Below are positions 36,400-49,600 of a stretch of DNA of 64,000 nucleotides, one piece after another; within the stretch, counting starts at the first letter, position 1, and every line of letters starts with the position of its first letter. The notes under the pieces were generated by a model, which made no database searches, was not told the origin of the DNA, and saw only the letters and a list, made by a program, of their open reading frames with translations. This DNA comes from Eledone cirrhosa (taxonomy: Eukaryota): the NCBI GenBank assembly GCA_964016885.1, contig OZ024741.1:194432001-194496000 (forward strand), in the 5' to 3' direction. The translations under genes and the position numbers were made by a program.

Positions 36400-39155
36400 A
36401 TCGGCCTAAGTGGTCAGTGTAGTTAAATAACACAGCCGGCCTAAGTAGTCAGTGTAGTTAAATAGCACAGCTGGCCTAAGTGGTCAATGTTAAATAACAC
36501 AGCCGTCCTAAGTGGTCAGTGTAGTTAAATAACACAGCCGGCCTAAGTAGTCAGTGTAGTTAAATAGCACAGCTGGCCTAAGTGGTCAATGTTAAATAAC
36601 ACAGCCAGCCTAAGTCGTCAGTGTTAAATAACACAGCTGGCCTAAGTGGTCAGTGTTAAATAACACAGCCGTCCTAAGTGGTCAGTGTAGTTAAGTAACA
36701 CAGTCGGCCTAAGTGGTCAGTGTAGTTAAGTAACACAGCCGGCCGGCCTAAGTGGTCAGTGTAGTTAAGTAACACAGCCGGCCTAAGTGGTCAGTGTAGT
36801 TAAGTAACACAACCAGCCTAAGTGGTCAGTGTAGTTAAGTAACACAGCCGGCCTAAGTGGTCAGTGTTAAATAACACAGCCGGCCTAAGTGGTCAGTGTA
36901 GTTAAGTAACACAGTCGGCCTAAGTGGTCAGTGTAGTTAAGTAACACAGCCGGCCGGCCTAAGTGGTCAGTGTAGTTAAGTAACACAGCCGGCCTAAGTG
37001 GTCAGTGTTAAATAGCACAGCTGGCCTAAGTGGTCAATGTTAAATAACACAGCCGTCCTAAGTGGTCAGTGTTAAATAACACAGCTGGCCTAAGTGATCA
37101 ATGTTAAATAACACAGCCGTCCTAAGTGGTCAGTGTAGTTAAGTAACACAGCCGGCCGGCCTAAGTGACCAGTGCAGTTAAATAGCACAGCTGGCCTAAG
37201 TGATCAATGTTAAATAACACAGCCGTCCTAAGTGGTCAGTGTAGTTAAGTAACACAGCTGGCCTAAGTGGTCAGTGTAGTTAAGTAACACAGCCGGCCAG
37301 CCTAAGTGACCAGTGCAGTTAAATAGCACAGATGGCCTAAGTGGTCAATGTTAAATAACACAGCCGGCCTAAGTCATCAGTGTTAAATAACACAGCCGGC
37401 CTAAGTGGTCAGTGTAGTTAAGTAACACAGCTGGCCTAAGTGGTCAGTGTAGTTAAGTAACACAGCCGGCCTAAATGGTCAGTGTAGTTAAGTAACACAG
37501 CCGGCCTAAGTGGTCAGTGTTAAATAGCACAGCTGGCCTAAGTGGTCAATGTTAAATAACACAGCCGTCCTAAGTGGTCAGTGTTAAATAACACAGCTGG
37601 CCTAAGTGATCAATGTTAAATAACACAGCCGTCCTAAGTGGTCAGTGTAGTTAAGTAACACAGCCGGCCGGCCTAAGTGATCAGTGCAGTTAAATAGCAC
37701 AGCTGGCCTAAGTGGTCAATGTTAAATAACACAGCCAGCCTAAGTCGTCAGTGTTAAATAACACAGCTGGCCTAAGTGATCAATGTTAAATAACACAGCC
37801 GTCCTAAGTGGTCAGTGTAGTTAAGTAACACAGCCGGCCAGCCTAAGTGACCAGTGCAGTTAAATAGCACAGATGGCCTAAGTGGTCAATGTTAAATAAC
37901 ACAGCCGGCCTAAGTCATCAGTGTTAAATAACACAGCCGGCCTAAGTGATCAATGTTAAATAACACAGCCGCCCTAAGTGGTCAGTGTAGTTAAGTAACA
38001 CAGCTGGCCTAAGTGGTCAGTGTAGTTAAGTAACACAGCCGGCCTAAGTGGTCAGTGTAGTTAAGTAACACAACCAGCCTAAGTGGTCAGTGTAGTTAAG
38101 TAACACAGCCGGCCTAAGTGGTCAGTGTTAAATAACACAGCCGGCCTAAGTGGTCAGTGTAGTTAAGTAACACAGTCGGCCTAAGTGGTCAGTGTAGTTA
38201 AGTAACACAGCCGGCCGGCCTAAGTGGTCAGTGTAGTTAAGTAACACAGCCGGCCTAAGTGGTCAGTGTTAAATAACACAGCCGGCCTAAGTGGTCAGTG
38301 TAGTTAAGTAACACAGTCGGCCTAAGTGGTCAGTGTAGTTAAGTAACACAGCCGGCCGGCCTAAGTGGTCAGTGTAGTTAAGTAACACAGCCGGCCTAAG
38401 TGGTCAGTGTTAAATAACACGGCCGGCCTAAGTGGTCAGTGTAGTTAAGTAACACAGTTGGCCTAAGTGGTCAGTGTAGTTAAGTAACACAGCCGGCCTA
38501 AGTGGTCAGTGTAGTTAAGTAACACAACCAGCCTAAGTGGTCAGTGTAGTTAAGTAACACAACCAGCCTAAGTGGTCAGTGTAGTTAAGTAACACAACCA
38601 GCCTAAGTGGTCAGTGTAGTTAAGTAACACAGCCGGCCTAAGTGGTCAGTGTTAAATAACACAGCCGGTCTAAGTGGTCAGTGTAGTTAAGTAACACAGC
38701 TGGCCGGCCTAAGTGGTCAGTGTAGTTAAGTAACACAGCCGGCCTAAGTGGTCAGTGTAGTTAAGTAACACAGCCGGCCTAAGTGGTCAGTGTAGTTAAG
38801 TAACACAGCCGCCCTAAGTGGTCAGTGTAGTTAAGTAACACAGCTGGCCTAAGTGGTCAGTGTAGTTAAGTAACACAGCCGGCCTAAGTGGTCAGTGTTA
38901 AATAACACAGCCGGCCTAAGTGGTCAGTGTAGTTAAGTAACACAGCCGGCCTAAGTGGTCAGTGTAGTTAAGTAACACAGCCGGCCTAAGTGGTCAGTGT
39001 AGTTAAGTAACACAGCCGGCCTAAGTGGTCAGTGTAGTTAAGTAACACAGCCGGCCTAAGTGGTCAGTGTAGTTAAGTAACACAGTCGGCCTTAGTGGTC
39101 AGTGTAGTTAAGTGACACAGCCGGCCGGCCTAAGTGGTCAGTGTTAAATAACACA
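36400..39155. repeat. 30/33-bp minisatellite array (~2.75 kb)
   Basis: Unit GGCCTAAGTGGTCAGTGT(AGT)TAA(G/A)TAACACAGCC, roughly 85 copies with variant blocks. Confidence 0.97.
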
Positions 39156-39824
39156 TGTCCACTGCCAAGTCATGAAGGTACATGTTTATATGAATCAATA
39201 TTTCATAGAGAAAAAGCAACAATTTTCATTTATAACATAAAGTAACAAAACAAACAAAACAAGATGAGTTAGATATGATGTAAAAGTTGTGTTGTGTTAT
39301 ACATATAGGCACTGGCATGGAGTTGATATGATCAAGAAAAACTTTCAATTCAGTGTCCCAGCATGACTGCAGTCTAATAACAGAAACCAGGAAAAGAATA
39401 TGTTCTTAAATTTAAATGCCATATTTCTAATGAAATACACTCTATTTCAATTAATTAATGAAGAGCTTTGAGTGATTGACTAAAAATGGTCCTTATATAA
39501 AATCATGTAAAAATATCTTAATTTAAATAGAAGCCCTTTAAACTGTGGTTTTGTTTCATAAAACCAGAGCCAGTTTTGGACACGTTAGTACCAAAAGAGT
39601 TTTAATATGAAAATAAAATGTTTAAATGAACTCAACAAACATAACTTAGTGGAATAGAAATACAGCAATTTAGTGTTTATTGTAACTAGAATGTATATTG
39701 TATTGTGACTAGCTAAACGAGAGTAGAAAAAACTGTGTTTACTATGGTTGACTTATGTTTGAGGAAAGGGAGAAACTGATTGTTCCAACTGCATTTGATT
39801 AATGAAAGAAGTCAGCTATTTTAA

Positions 39825-40039
39825 CCCTTTAGCATTTACATTACTCTATATTTACTATTAAAGTTTATTGGTAAAGGCTTTACCCCACATAATTATCTCA
39901 CATAATATTGAATCTATAAGATTTTAATATTATTTATTTTGAGAACAATACCTTAACATCAGTATGAGTGGGCAGTTACAGCCAGTTTGGACAGAAAGAG
40001 GTGAGAGAATTCTGGCCGAATACAGCCAGTTTAAATGAG
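39825..40039. mobile_element. piggyBac-like MITE copy 1
   Basis: TTAA|CCCTTTAGCATTT start, decayed other end followed by TTAA; inverted relative to copies 2 and 3. Confidence 0.7.
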
Positions 40040-40044
40040 TTAAG

Positions 40045-41030
40045 CCAATGTATAGCTGAGAGACACTACTCTCTCATTTGTATTACCAGTGTATGGCTGA
40101 GAGACACTAGTCTCTGATTGGCCAATGTATATTACCAGTGTATGGCAGGAAGATATTGTTCTTTCATTGGTCAACTTATATTACCAATATATGGCTGACA
40201 GATACTGTTCTCTCATTGGTCCACTTATATTACTAGTGTATGGCTGGGAGACACTAGTCTCTGATTGGTCCACTTATATTACCAGTATATGGCAGGAAGA
40301 TCCTGTTCTCTCATTGGTCCACTTATATTACCAGTATATGGCAGGAAGATCCTGTTCTCTCATTGGTCCACTTATATTACCAATGTATGACTGGGAGACT
40401 ACTCTCTGATTGGTCCACTTATATTACCAGTATATGGCAGGAAGATCCTGTTCTCTCATTGGTCCACTTATATTACCAATGTATGACTGGGAGACTACTC
40501 TCTGATTGGTCCACTTATATTACCAGTATATGGCAGGAAGATCCTGTTCTCTCATTGGTCCACTTATATTACCAATGTATGGCTGGGAGACTACTCTCTC
40601 ATTGGGCCACTTATATTACCAGTGTATGGCTAGGAGACACTGTTCTCTCATTGGTCCACATATTACCAATGTATAGCTGGAAGATACTGTTCTCTCATTG
40701 GTCCAAATATTGCCTGTATATAGCTGGGAGACTACTCTCTCATTGGTCCACTTATATTACCAATGTATGGCTGGGAGACACTGCTGTCTCATTGGTTCAC
40801 ACATATTACCAATGTATTGTCAGGAGACACTGTTCGCTCATTGGTCCACGTTACCAATGTATAGCTGGGAGATACTGTTCTCTCGTTGGTCCAAATATTG
40901 CCAATGTATAGCTAAGAGACAGTACTCTCTCATTGATCCACATATTACCAATATATGGTTGGGAGACACTGTTCTCATTGATTCACATATTATGAATATA
41001 TGGCTGGGAGACACTGCTCTTATTGGTTCT
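40045..41030. repeat. ~45-50-bp minisatellite with CCAAT/ATTGG motifs
   Basis: Unit CCAATGTATGGCTGGGAGACACTGTTCTCTCATTGGTCCACTTATATTA, ~20 copies. Confidence 0.92.
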
Positions 41031-41090
41031 ATAAAACCAGTGAACATGTAAAACTTCACTCGGGTCCATGGGGTTGCTACAGATGTTTAA

Positions 41091-41308
41091 CCCTTTAGCA
41101 TTTAAATCGGCTGTATCTGACCAGAATTCTCTCACCTCTTGCTGTTCAAACTGGCTGTAACAAGCCGCTCATATTTATGTAAAGGTATTGTTCTCAAAAT
41201 AAATACCATCAAAATCTAGATTCAATATTATGCGAGATAATTATGTAAGATAAAGCCTTTAACACGAAAATACCATAGTATATATAGAGTAATGTAAATG
41301 CTAAAGAG
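41091..41308. mobile_element. piggyBac-like MITE copy 2
   Basis: TTAA|CCCTTTAGCATTT...AAATGCTAAAGAG|TTAA. Confidence 0.8.
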
Positions 41309-41749
41309 TTAATATGTATATATCTTATGTACACAAGTTGAATGTATGTCCATGTATATATGAGCACAGGTGATTGTGTGTGTGTGTTTAAGTCTCCATC
41401 TAAAGCTTTTGTGTGTGGACTGTTTATATATCCTTCCAAACCAAAACCTATACATGACTATGTAGTGTTCTATATGAGGATTGTCTATAAAGGTAGGTCC
41501 AACCAATGTCTAATTCTGTAAATATTCTAACAAAATAAATCTATGTACACTATAATACATTGCCACATCCTGTGTGGAGAGGTATCACAAGAATAAAGGC
41601 AGTTTTACAAATTGTCAAACTTTTGACAGGTTGTCAAGAGTAGATTGTGATTACTCTATTTGACAACCAGTCAAAACTTGAATTTAAGCCTTTTGTTACC
41701 ATATTTCTATTGAAGAAACTGGCCATGATTTCAATTAATTTTGTAATAC

Positions 41750-42640
41750 AGGATACTAACTCCTTTGGCTTTGTAGAAGTAATTGATAGTTTTTGTTCCC
41801 TGGGTGACCAAATTAGCAGTGGAAGAGGGTGTTCAGAAAGTACAGTAGCCAGAGTGAGAACAGGATGTGAAAGGTTCAAGGAGTTACTGCTAACTACAAA
41901 AGGTTTTTCCCTCAAAATGAAGAGCAAATTGTATGATGCATGTATACAAACACCAATGCTGCATGGTAGTGAAATCTGGATGCTATGTGCAGAGGACCTA
42001 TGAAAATTGGAAAAAAATGAAGCTTGTATACTGTAATGGATGTGTATTACTAATATACATGAATGGCAAAGCGTAAATAAACTGAGAGAAACTGAGCATA
42101 AGAGGGACAAGATACAATGTGCAGGAGAGGAGATTGTGGTGGTATGGACATGTGATGTATATATAGGATGGCAGTTGTATAAAAAGTGCAGGGCACTCAA
42201 AGTTGGTGGAAGTTATGGAAGAGGCTGATCTAAGAAAGTCTGGATAATGTGATAAAAGCTGACCTCTCACACTTCCACCTCTCAAAGGCGATGACACGGA
42301 ATCGAGATCTCTGGCGTTATGCAGTACTGCAGAAGACCTGCCCTCTCTGGGTCATGGGATGTAGCAACATCTTGTGGTTTCTAATACACACCACTTCTCC
42401 CACCAACACCCCATACAATACTGCAGAAGACCAGCCTTCACATATGCACTGAATGAAGTAACATCTAGCAGTCACTAGTGCACCACTTCTCCCTTTCCCC
42501 GCTTCCCTCTTCCATAAACCTCCCATGTCCTTACATTCCCCCTTTCACCAGCTAAATACCCTCACTATATATCACCTCTTCTATCCCCACCCTCCAGTTT
42601 CCACATCTGACCAACAAGCGTGGAAAGATGAACATGCTCA
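41750..42640 (+). mobile_element. 5'-truncated RTE LINE fragment
   Basis: FCSLGDQISSGRGCSESTVARVRTG...KGFSLKMKSKLYDACI...HGSEIW. Confidence 0.85.
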
Positions 42641-42780
42641 CCGCCAATGCTGCTGAATTGGCTAATGACTCTATTTCTCACACCAGTCAACCAATAGCTA
42701 TGAGGAATTAACTACATTACATTGAATTGACAAGGAAATTGAGACAAAAATAATACATAGCAACAGCAGAATGTTTTTAA

Positions 42781-42985
42781 CCCTTTAATGTTCAAACCGG
42801 TGAAAACCGGCCAGAATTTTCTACCTCTTTCTGTTGAAACTGGCTGTAACTTGTTGCTCAAACTGATGTTAAGGTATTGTTCTCAAAATAAATACTTTCA
42901 AAATCTCAGACTCGGTATTATGTGAGGTAAAGCATTTACCATGAAAATACAATGGTATATAAAGAGTAATGTGAATGCTAAAGGG
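42781..42985. mobile_element. piggyBac-like MITE copy 3
   Basis: TTAA|CCCTTTAATGTTCA...TGAATGCTAAAGGG|TTAA. Confidence 0.8.
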
Positions 42986-43394
42986 TTAAACTCAAAACAA
43001 AATACAAAGAAAACAGGACAAAACATAATTGTACAACAAAGTAGCCATGTAGGGAAATGAGAAAGAAAATGAAACTCATTAGAACAACAGCTTATCATCT
43101 TTCTTTGGGAGGCCCTTGTATATTATGGTAGCCCCCAAAATTAATTTTGTGCCCCTAGTTACAGACATGAGAGGTCCCAACTTAAACAATCACACTATAT
43201 AGTAATTCTACATAGTATTGGATATCAATGTCAGGTGTTTACATAACTTGGTAGTTTATCAAGGATATCTTTATATTTAATTGAGGCAATTATCAGAAAA
43301 CCTATCTTACTATGAATCTGGTTGGACTTGTCCAACCAGATTCATAGTATCTAATGTATTTATAATCTTATCATTGCTGACATTTGTGATATTT

Positions 43395-45566
43395 AAAATA
43401 TAAAACCGAGGCAGTGTGTCAGAGAGAATTGTGATGTCATTGGAGAGAAGTGTATCCGGAATAATAAAGGTGAGCTTACCCTCACAAGTGCTGGGAAGAA
43501 AGATGTATGGAAGAGTCATTATGATAGATTACTAAATGAGGAGAATGCATGGGAAGAAGAGACCCTACCCCAAGTAGACCCTATAGAGGGGCCAGCAGTA
43601 CAAGTCAGCAGCAACGTAGTAAGTAAGGCAATCAAAGGTATGAAGATGGGGAAGGCAACCGGTCCATCGGGTATAGCTGCCGAGATGCTGAAGGCATCTG
43701 GGTCTGTAGGTCACACTATAACCACACGTATTGTTAACCAGGTAATACTAGAAGGTGTTGTACCAAAAGATTGGTGCAGTAGCATCATTGTCAACTGCTA
43801 CAAAGGTAAAGGTGATGCACTAGATAGAGGAAACTATAGAGATATAAAGCTGATGGACCAGGTCATGAAAGTAACAGAAAGAGTTATAGCACAGTTGATT
43901 AGGGACCGGGTGAAACTAGACGAGATGCAATTTGGGTTTGTACCAGGAAGAGGCACCACTGATGCCCTCTTCCTTGTGAAGCAGTTACAGGAAAAGTACC
44001 TAGCTAAAAGTAAGCCACTCTACCTGGCATTCGTCGATCTCGAGAAAGCCTTTGAATGAGTTCCACGTGCTGTAATCTGGTGGGCTCTTAGAAAACTAGG
44101 AGTAGATGAATGGCTTGTGAAAGCGGTACAAGCCATGTATAGGGGAGCAGTCAGCAAAGTTAGGATTAGCAATGGGTATAGCGAGGAATTTAGCGTACAG
44201 GTTGGGGTCCACCAGGGGTCTGTTCTTAGCCCCCTCCTGTTCATCATAGTCCTGCAGGCAATAATGGAGGAGTTTAAGACCGGATGCCCATGGGAACTCC
44301 TGTATGCTGATGACCTCGCACTTATAGCTGAATCTATGGTGGAACTAGAGAATAAATTCCAAACATGGAAGCAGGGATTAGAAAGAAAGAGTCTCAAAGT
44401 CAACCTGACAAAGACTAAGGTCCTTGTAAGTAGATGAGAAAACAGAACCAAGATCCCCTCAGGGAAATGGCCTTGCTCAGTATGTAGGAAAGGTGTAGGT
44501 AGGAACTCCATTCCCTGCCCCAAATGCAAACAATGGGTACACAAGAGATGTAGCGGGATCTCAGGAAGCTTAATTAAGAATGTAGGCTTCACATGCAGCA
44601 GCTGTGCTGGGACAGCAAGCAGCAAACAGCCACAGGAAACAAGTACCACCAATCTCTGGGAGGGCTCTGTAGAAACAGTAGACAGCTTCTGCTACCTAGG
44701 TGACCGAATGAGCAGCGGAGGTGGGTGTTCAGAAAGTACAATAACTAGGGTAAGAATGGGATGGAAGAAGTTTAGGGAACTACTACCACTGCTAGCTGCA
44801 AAAGGCTTCTCCCTCAAAATGAAAGGCAGACTGTATGATGCGTGTATCCGAACAGCGATGTTGCATGATAGTGAGACCTGGGCGCTGAAGGTGGAAGACT
44901 TACGTAGATTAGAGAGAAACGAAGCCTGCATGCTCCGATGGATGTGTAACAGTAATATACGCGAACGAGAAAGCATAAATGAATTGAGAGAGAGACTGAG
45001 CATAAGAGGAATCAAATGCTGTGTGCAGGAGAGGCGGTTGCGCTGGTATGGACATGTGATGCGTATGAAGGATGGCAGCTGCATAAAAAGGTGCAGAGCA
45101 CTAGAAGTCGATGGAAACCGCGGAGTGGGAAGACCCAAGATGACCTGGGATGAGGTGATAAAAGCCGACCTTACCCAATTACACCTCTCAAAGGCGATGA
45201 CACACGACCGTGACCTCTGGTGTCACGCAGTAATACAGAGTACCCGACCTCCCATGGGTACAAGCTGAAGCATATAGAAAATATGCCCCCACACCCCCCA
45301 CTGCAAGGTGGTCGTGGAGGTGCCACGGCAAAAAAGCACCCAGCCCACACTGTAAAGTGGACGTGTAGGCGCCACAAAAAAACACCCAGCACTCACTGTA
45401 AATGAGGTTGGTGTTAGGAAGGGCATCCAGCTGTAGAAATCAAGCCAAATCAGTTCCTGTATGAGCAAGGCATGGTCAGCCGACCAGACACTGCCCACAA
45501 CAGGACAACCCGTCTAACCCATGCTAGCGTGGAAGAATGGACGTAAAACGGTGATGATGATGATGA
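43395..45566 (+). mobile_element. 5'-truncated RTE-clade LINE (RT pseudogene, 3' UTR, (GAT)n tail)
   Basis: KATGPSG, KGKGD...[56 protein letters not shown]; a few in-frame stops. Confidence 0.95.
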
Positions 45567-46190
45567 TATATATGTATATGTATATATATATATATGTGTG
45601 TATGTATGTATATGTATATATGTATGTATGTATATATATATGTGTGTATGTATGTATATATATATGTGTGTATGTATGTATATATATGTGTGTATGTATG
45701 TATATATATGTATGTATGTATATATATATATGTATGTATGTATATATATATATGTATGTATGTATATATATATATATATATGTGTATGTATATATATATA
45801 TATATATGTGTATGTATATATATATATATATATGTGTATGTATGTATATATATATGTATGTATGTATATATGTATGTATGTATGTATATATATATGTATG
45901 TATGTATGTATATATATATGTATGTATGTATATATATATGTATGTATGTATATATATATATATGTGTATGTATATATATATGTATGTATGTATATATATA
46001 TATATATGTGTATGTATGTATATATATATATATGTGTATGTATATATATATATATGTGTATGTATGTATATATATATATATGTGTATGTATGTATATATA
46101 TGTGTATGTATGTATATATATATGTATGTATATATATATATGTGTATGTATGTATATATATATGTATGTATGTATATATATATATATGTA
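45567..46190. repeat. (TA)n/(TATG)n compound microsatellite
   Basis: Seen directly. Confidence 0.98.
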
Positions 46191-46760
46191 TTCCAGTACA
46201 ACCTGTCCCATGGTCGGGTCGTTGGCGACTAAACTGGCAACCCCACCAAGGTTTCTTGGAGGGTGACTTTGGACATCCTGCAGGACTAAAAACAAAACCT
46301 GTCAAAAGGCAAAGGAGCTCTTAAGAGTCAATGGCCATCCAAAATCACCGGGAGAGATGACCCCTTAGCCTTTGTCAAGGCAGAATTCTAGGAGAAGGAA
46401 AACTCTGATATAACACCTGCAACCCTGATGGTATCCAATGATGTTGACTTGTTCTTCTTTTTGGTAAATATCATCTTGGTTAAGAGAGTGGGACTGGCTT
46501 TGTGCAGTGCCTTTGCTCACTATAAAAGCTTCACGGCACAGGCATTGCTTTATATCTGGAGATCTCTCTGCGTTTGTCGTCGCATGGTGCCATGGGCCCA
46601 TCACTATGTGTCAATAATTGTCACAAGTGTAGTGTTTGTACCAGAGCTTTCAAGTCGCTGGCTAGACTAAAAAGTCACACTCGTTCGGCGCATCAGTGGG
46701 GGTTCTCCTACATGGATATAAAGTAGTGGCCGTACTCGAAAACGAGTTGGCAGCCACCAT
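46190..46760 (+). mobile_element. Probable RTE 5'-UTR-derived fragment between two microsatellites
   Basis: Contains GGCAGAATTCTAGGAGAAGGAAAACTCTG, resembling the RTE 5'-UTR motif (recalled, not searched). Confidence 0.45.
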
Positions 46761-47801
46761 ATATGTATGTATGTATATATATATATATGTGTATGTATGT
46801 ATATATATATGTATGTATGTATATATATATATATGTGTATGTATGTATATATATATATGTGTATGTATGTATATATATATATATATATATGTGTATGTAT
46901 GTATATATATATATATATGTGTATGTATGTATATATATATATATATGTGTATGTATGTATATATATATATATATGTGTATGTATGTATATATATATATAT
47001 ATATGTGTATGTATGTATATATATATATATATGTGTATGTATGTATATATATATATATATATGTGTATGTATGTATATATATATATATATGTGTATGTAT
47101 GTATATATATATATATATATGTGTATGTATGTATATATATATATATATGTGTATGTATGTATATATATATATATATGTGTATGTATGTATATATATATAT
47201 ATATGTGTATGTATGTATATATATATATATATGTGTATGTATGTATATATATATATATATATGTGTATGTATGTATATATATATATATATATGTGTATGT
47301 ATGTATATATATATATATGTGTATGTATGTATATATATGTATGTATGTATATATATATATATGTGTATGTATGTATATATATATATGTGTATGTATGTAT
47401 ATATATATATATATATATGTGTATGTATGTATATATATATATATATGTGTATGTATGTATATATATATATATATGTGTATGTATGTATATATATATATAT
47501 ATGTGTATGTATGTATATATATATATATATATGTGTATGTATGTATATATATATATATGTGTATGTATGTATATATATATATATGTGTATGTATGTATAT
47601 ATATATATATGTGTATGTATGTATATATATATATATGTGTATGTATGTATATATATATATATGTGTATGTATGTATATATATATATATGTGTATGTATGT
47701 ATATATATATATATGTGTATGTATGTATATATATATATATGTGTATGTATGTATATATATATATATGTGTATGTATGTATGTATATATATGTGTATGTAT
47801 G

Positions 47802-47832
<31 letters not shown>

Positions 47833-47843
47833 GTGTATGTATG

Positions 47844-47874
<31 letters not shown>

Positions 47875-48251
47875 GTATGTATATATATATGTATGTATAT
47901 ATATATATATGTATATATATGTATGTATGTATATATATATATGTATGTATATATATATATGTATATATATATATGTATGTATATATATATGTATGTATAT
48001 ATATATATGTATGTATATATATATATGTATGTATATATATATATATGTATGTATATATATATATATGTATGTATATATATATATATATGTATGTATATAT
48101 ATATATGTATGTATATATATATATGTATGTATATATATATATATATGTATGTATATATATATATGTATGTATATATATATATGTATGTATATATATATAT
48201 ATATGTATGTATATATATATATATGTATGTATATATATATATATATGTATG

Positions 48252-48306
<55 letters not shown>

Positions 48307-48307
48307 A

Positions 48308-48390
<83 letters not shown>

Positions 48391-49600
48391 ATGTATGTAT
48401 ATATATATGTGTATGTATGTATGTATATATATATATATGTATGTATGTATATATATATATGTGTATGTATGTATATATGTGTATGTATGTATATATATAT
48501 ATGTGTATGTATGTATATATGTGTATGTATGTATATATATATATATGTATGTATGTATATATATGTGTATGTATGTATATATGTGTATGTATGTATATAT
48601 ATATATGTGTATGTATGTATGTATATATATATGTATGTATGTATGTATATATATATATGTGTATGTATGTATATATGTGTATGTATGTATGTATATATAT
48701 ATATATGTGTATGTATGTATGTATATATATATATATGTGTATGTATATATATATGTATGTATGTATATATATATATATGTGTATGTATATATATATATAT
48801 GTGTGTGTATATATATATATATATGTGTATGTATATATATATATATGTGTATGTATATATATATATATGTGTATGTATATATATATATATGTGTGTGTAT
48901 ATATATATATATATATGTGTATGTATATATATATATATATATGTGTATGTATATATATATATGTGTATGTATATATATATATGTGTATGTGTATGTATAT
49001 ATATATGTGTATGTATATATATATATATGTGTATGTATATATATATATATATATGTGTATGTATATATATATATATATATGTGTATGTATATATATATAT
49101 GTGTATGTATGTATATATATATATATATGTGTATGTATGTATATATATATATATATATATGTGTATGTATGTATATATATATGTGTATGTATATATATAT
49201 ATATGTGTATATATATATGTATGTATGTATATATATATATATGTATGTATGTATATATATATATATGTATGTATGTATATGTATATATATATATTTATAT
49301 ATATATGTATGTATGTATATGTATGTATATGTATGTATATATATATATATGTATGTATATATATGTATATATATATATTTATATATATATGTATGTATGT
49401 ATATGTATGTATATGTATGTATATATATATATGTGTATGTATGTATATATATATGTGTATGTATATATATATGTATATGTATGTATGTATGTATGTATAT
49501 ATATATGTCTATGTATGTATGTATGTATGTATGTATGTATATATATATGTGTATATATGTATATATGTATGTATATAAGTATGTATATATGTGTATATAT
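46760..49600. repeat. 2.8-kb (TA)n/(TATG)n compound microsatellite
   Basis: Seen directly; source of the ~1000-aa Y/I/M/C/V ORFs. Confidence 0.98.

Noticed and set aside
36400-39155. CRISPR-like regular array
   Set aside because: Units are contiguous with no unique spacers, the context is eukaryotic and there are no cas genes.
46190-46330. Possible HDV-like ribozyme in the RTE 5'-UTR-like fragment
   Set aside because: Could not assign the P1/P1.1/P2/P3 double pseudoknot by eye; needs an RNArobo or Infernal search.
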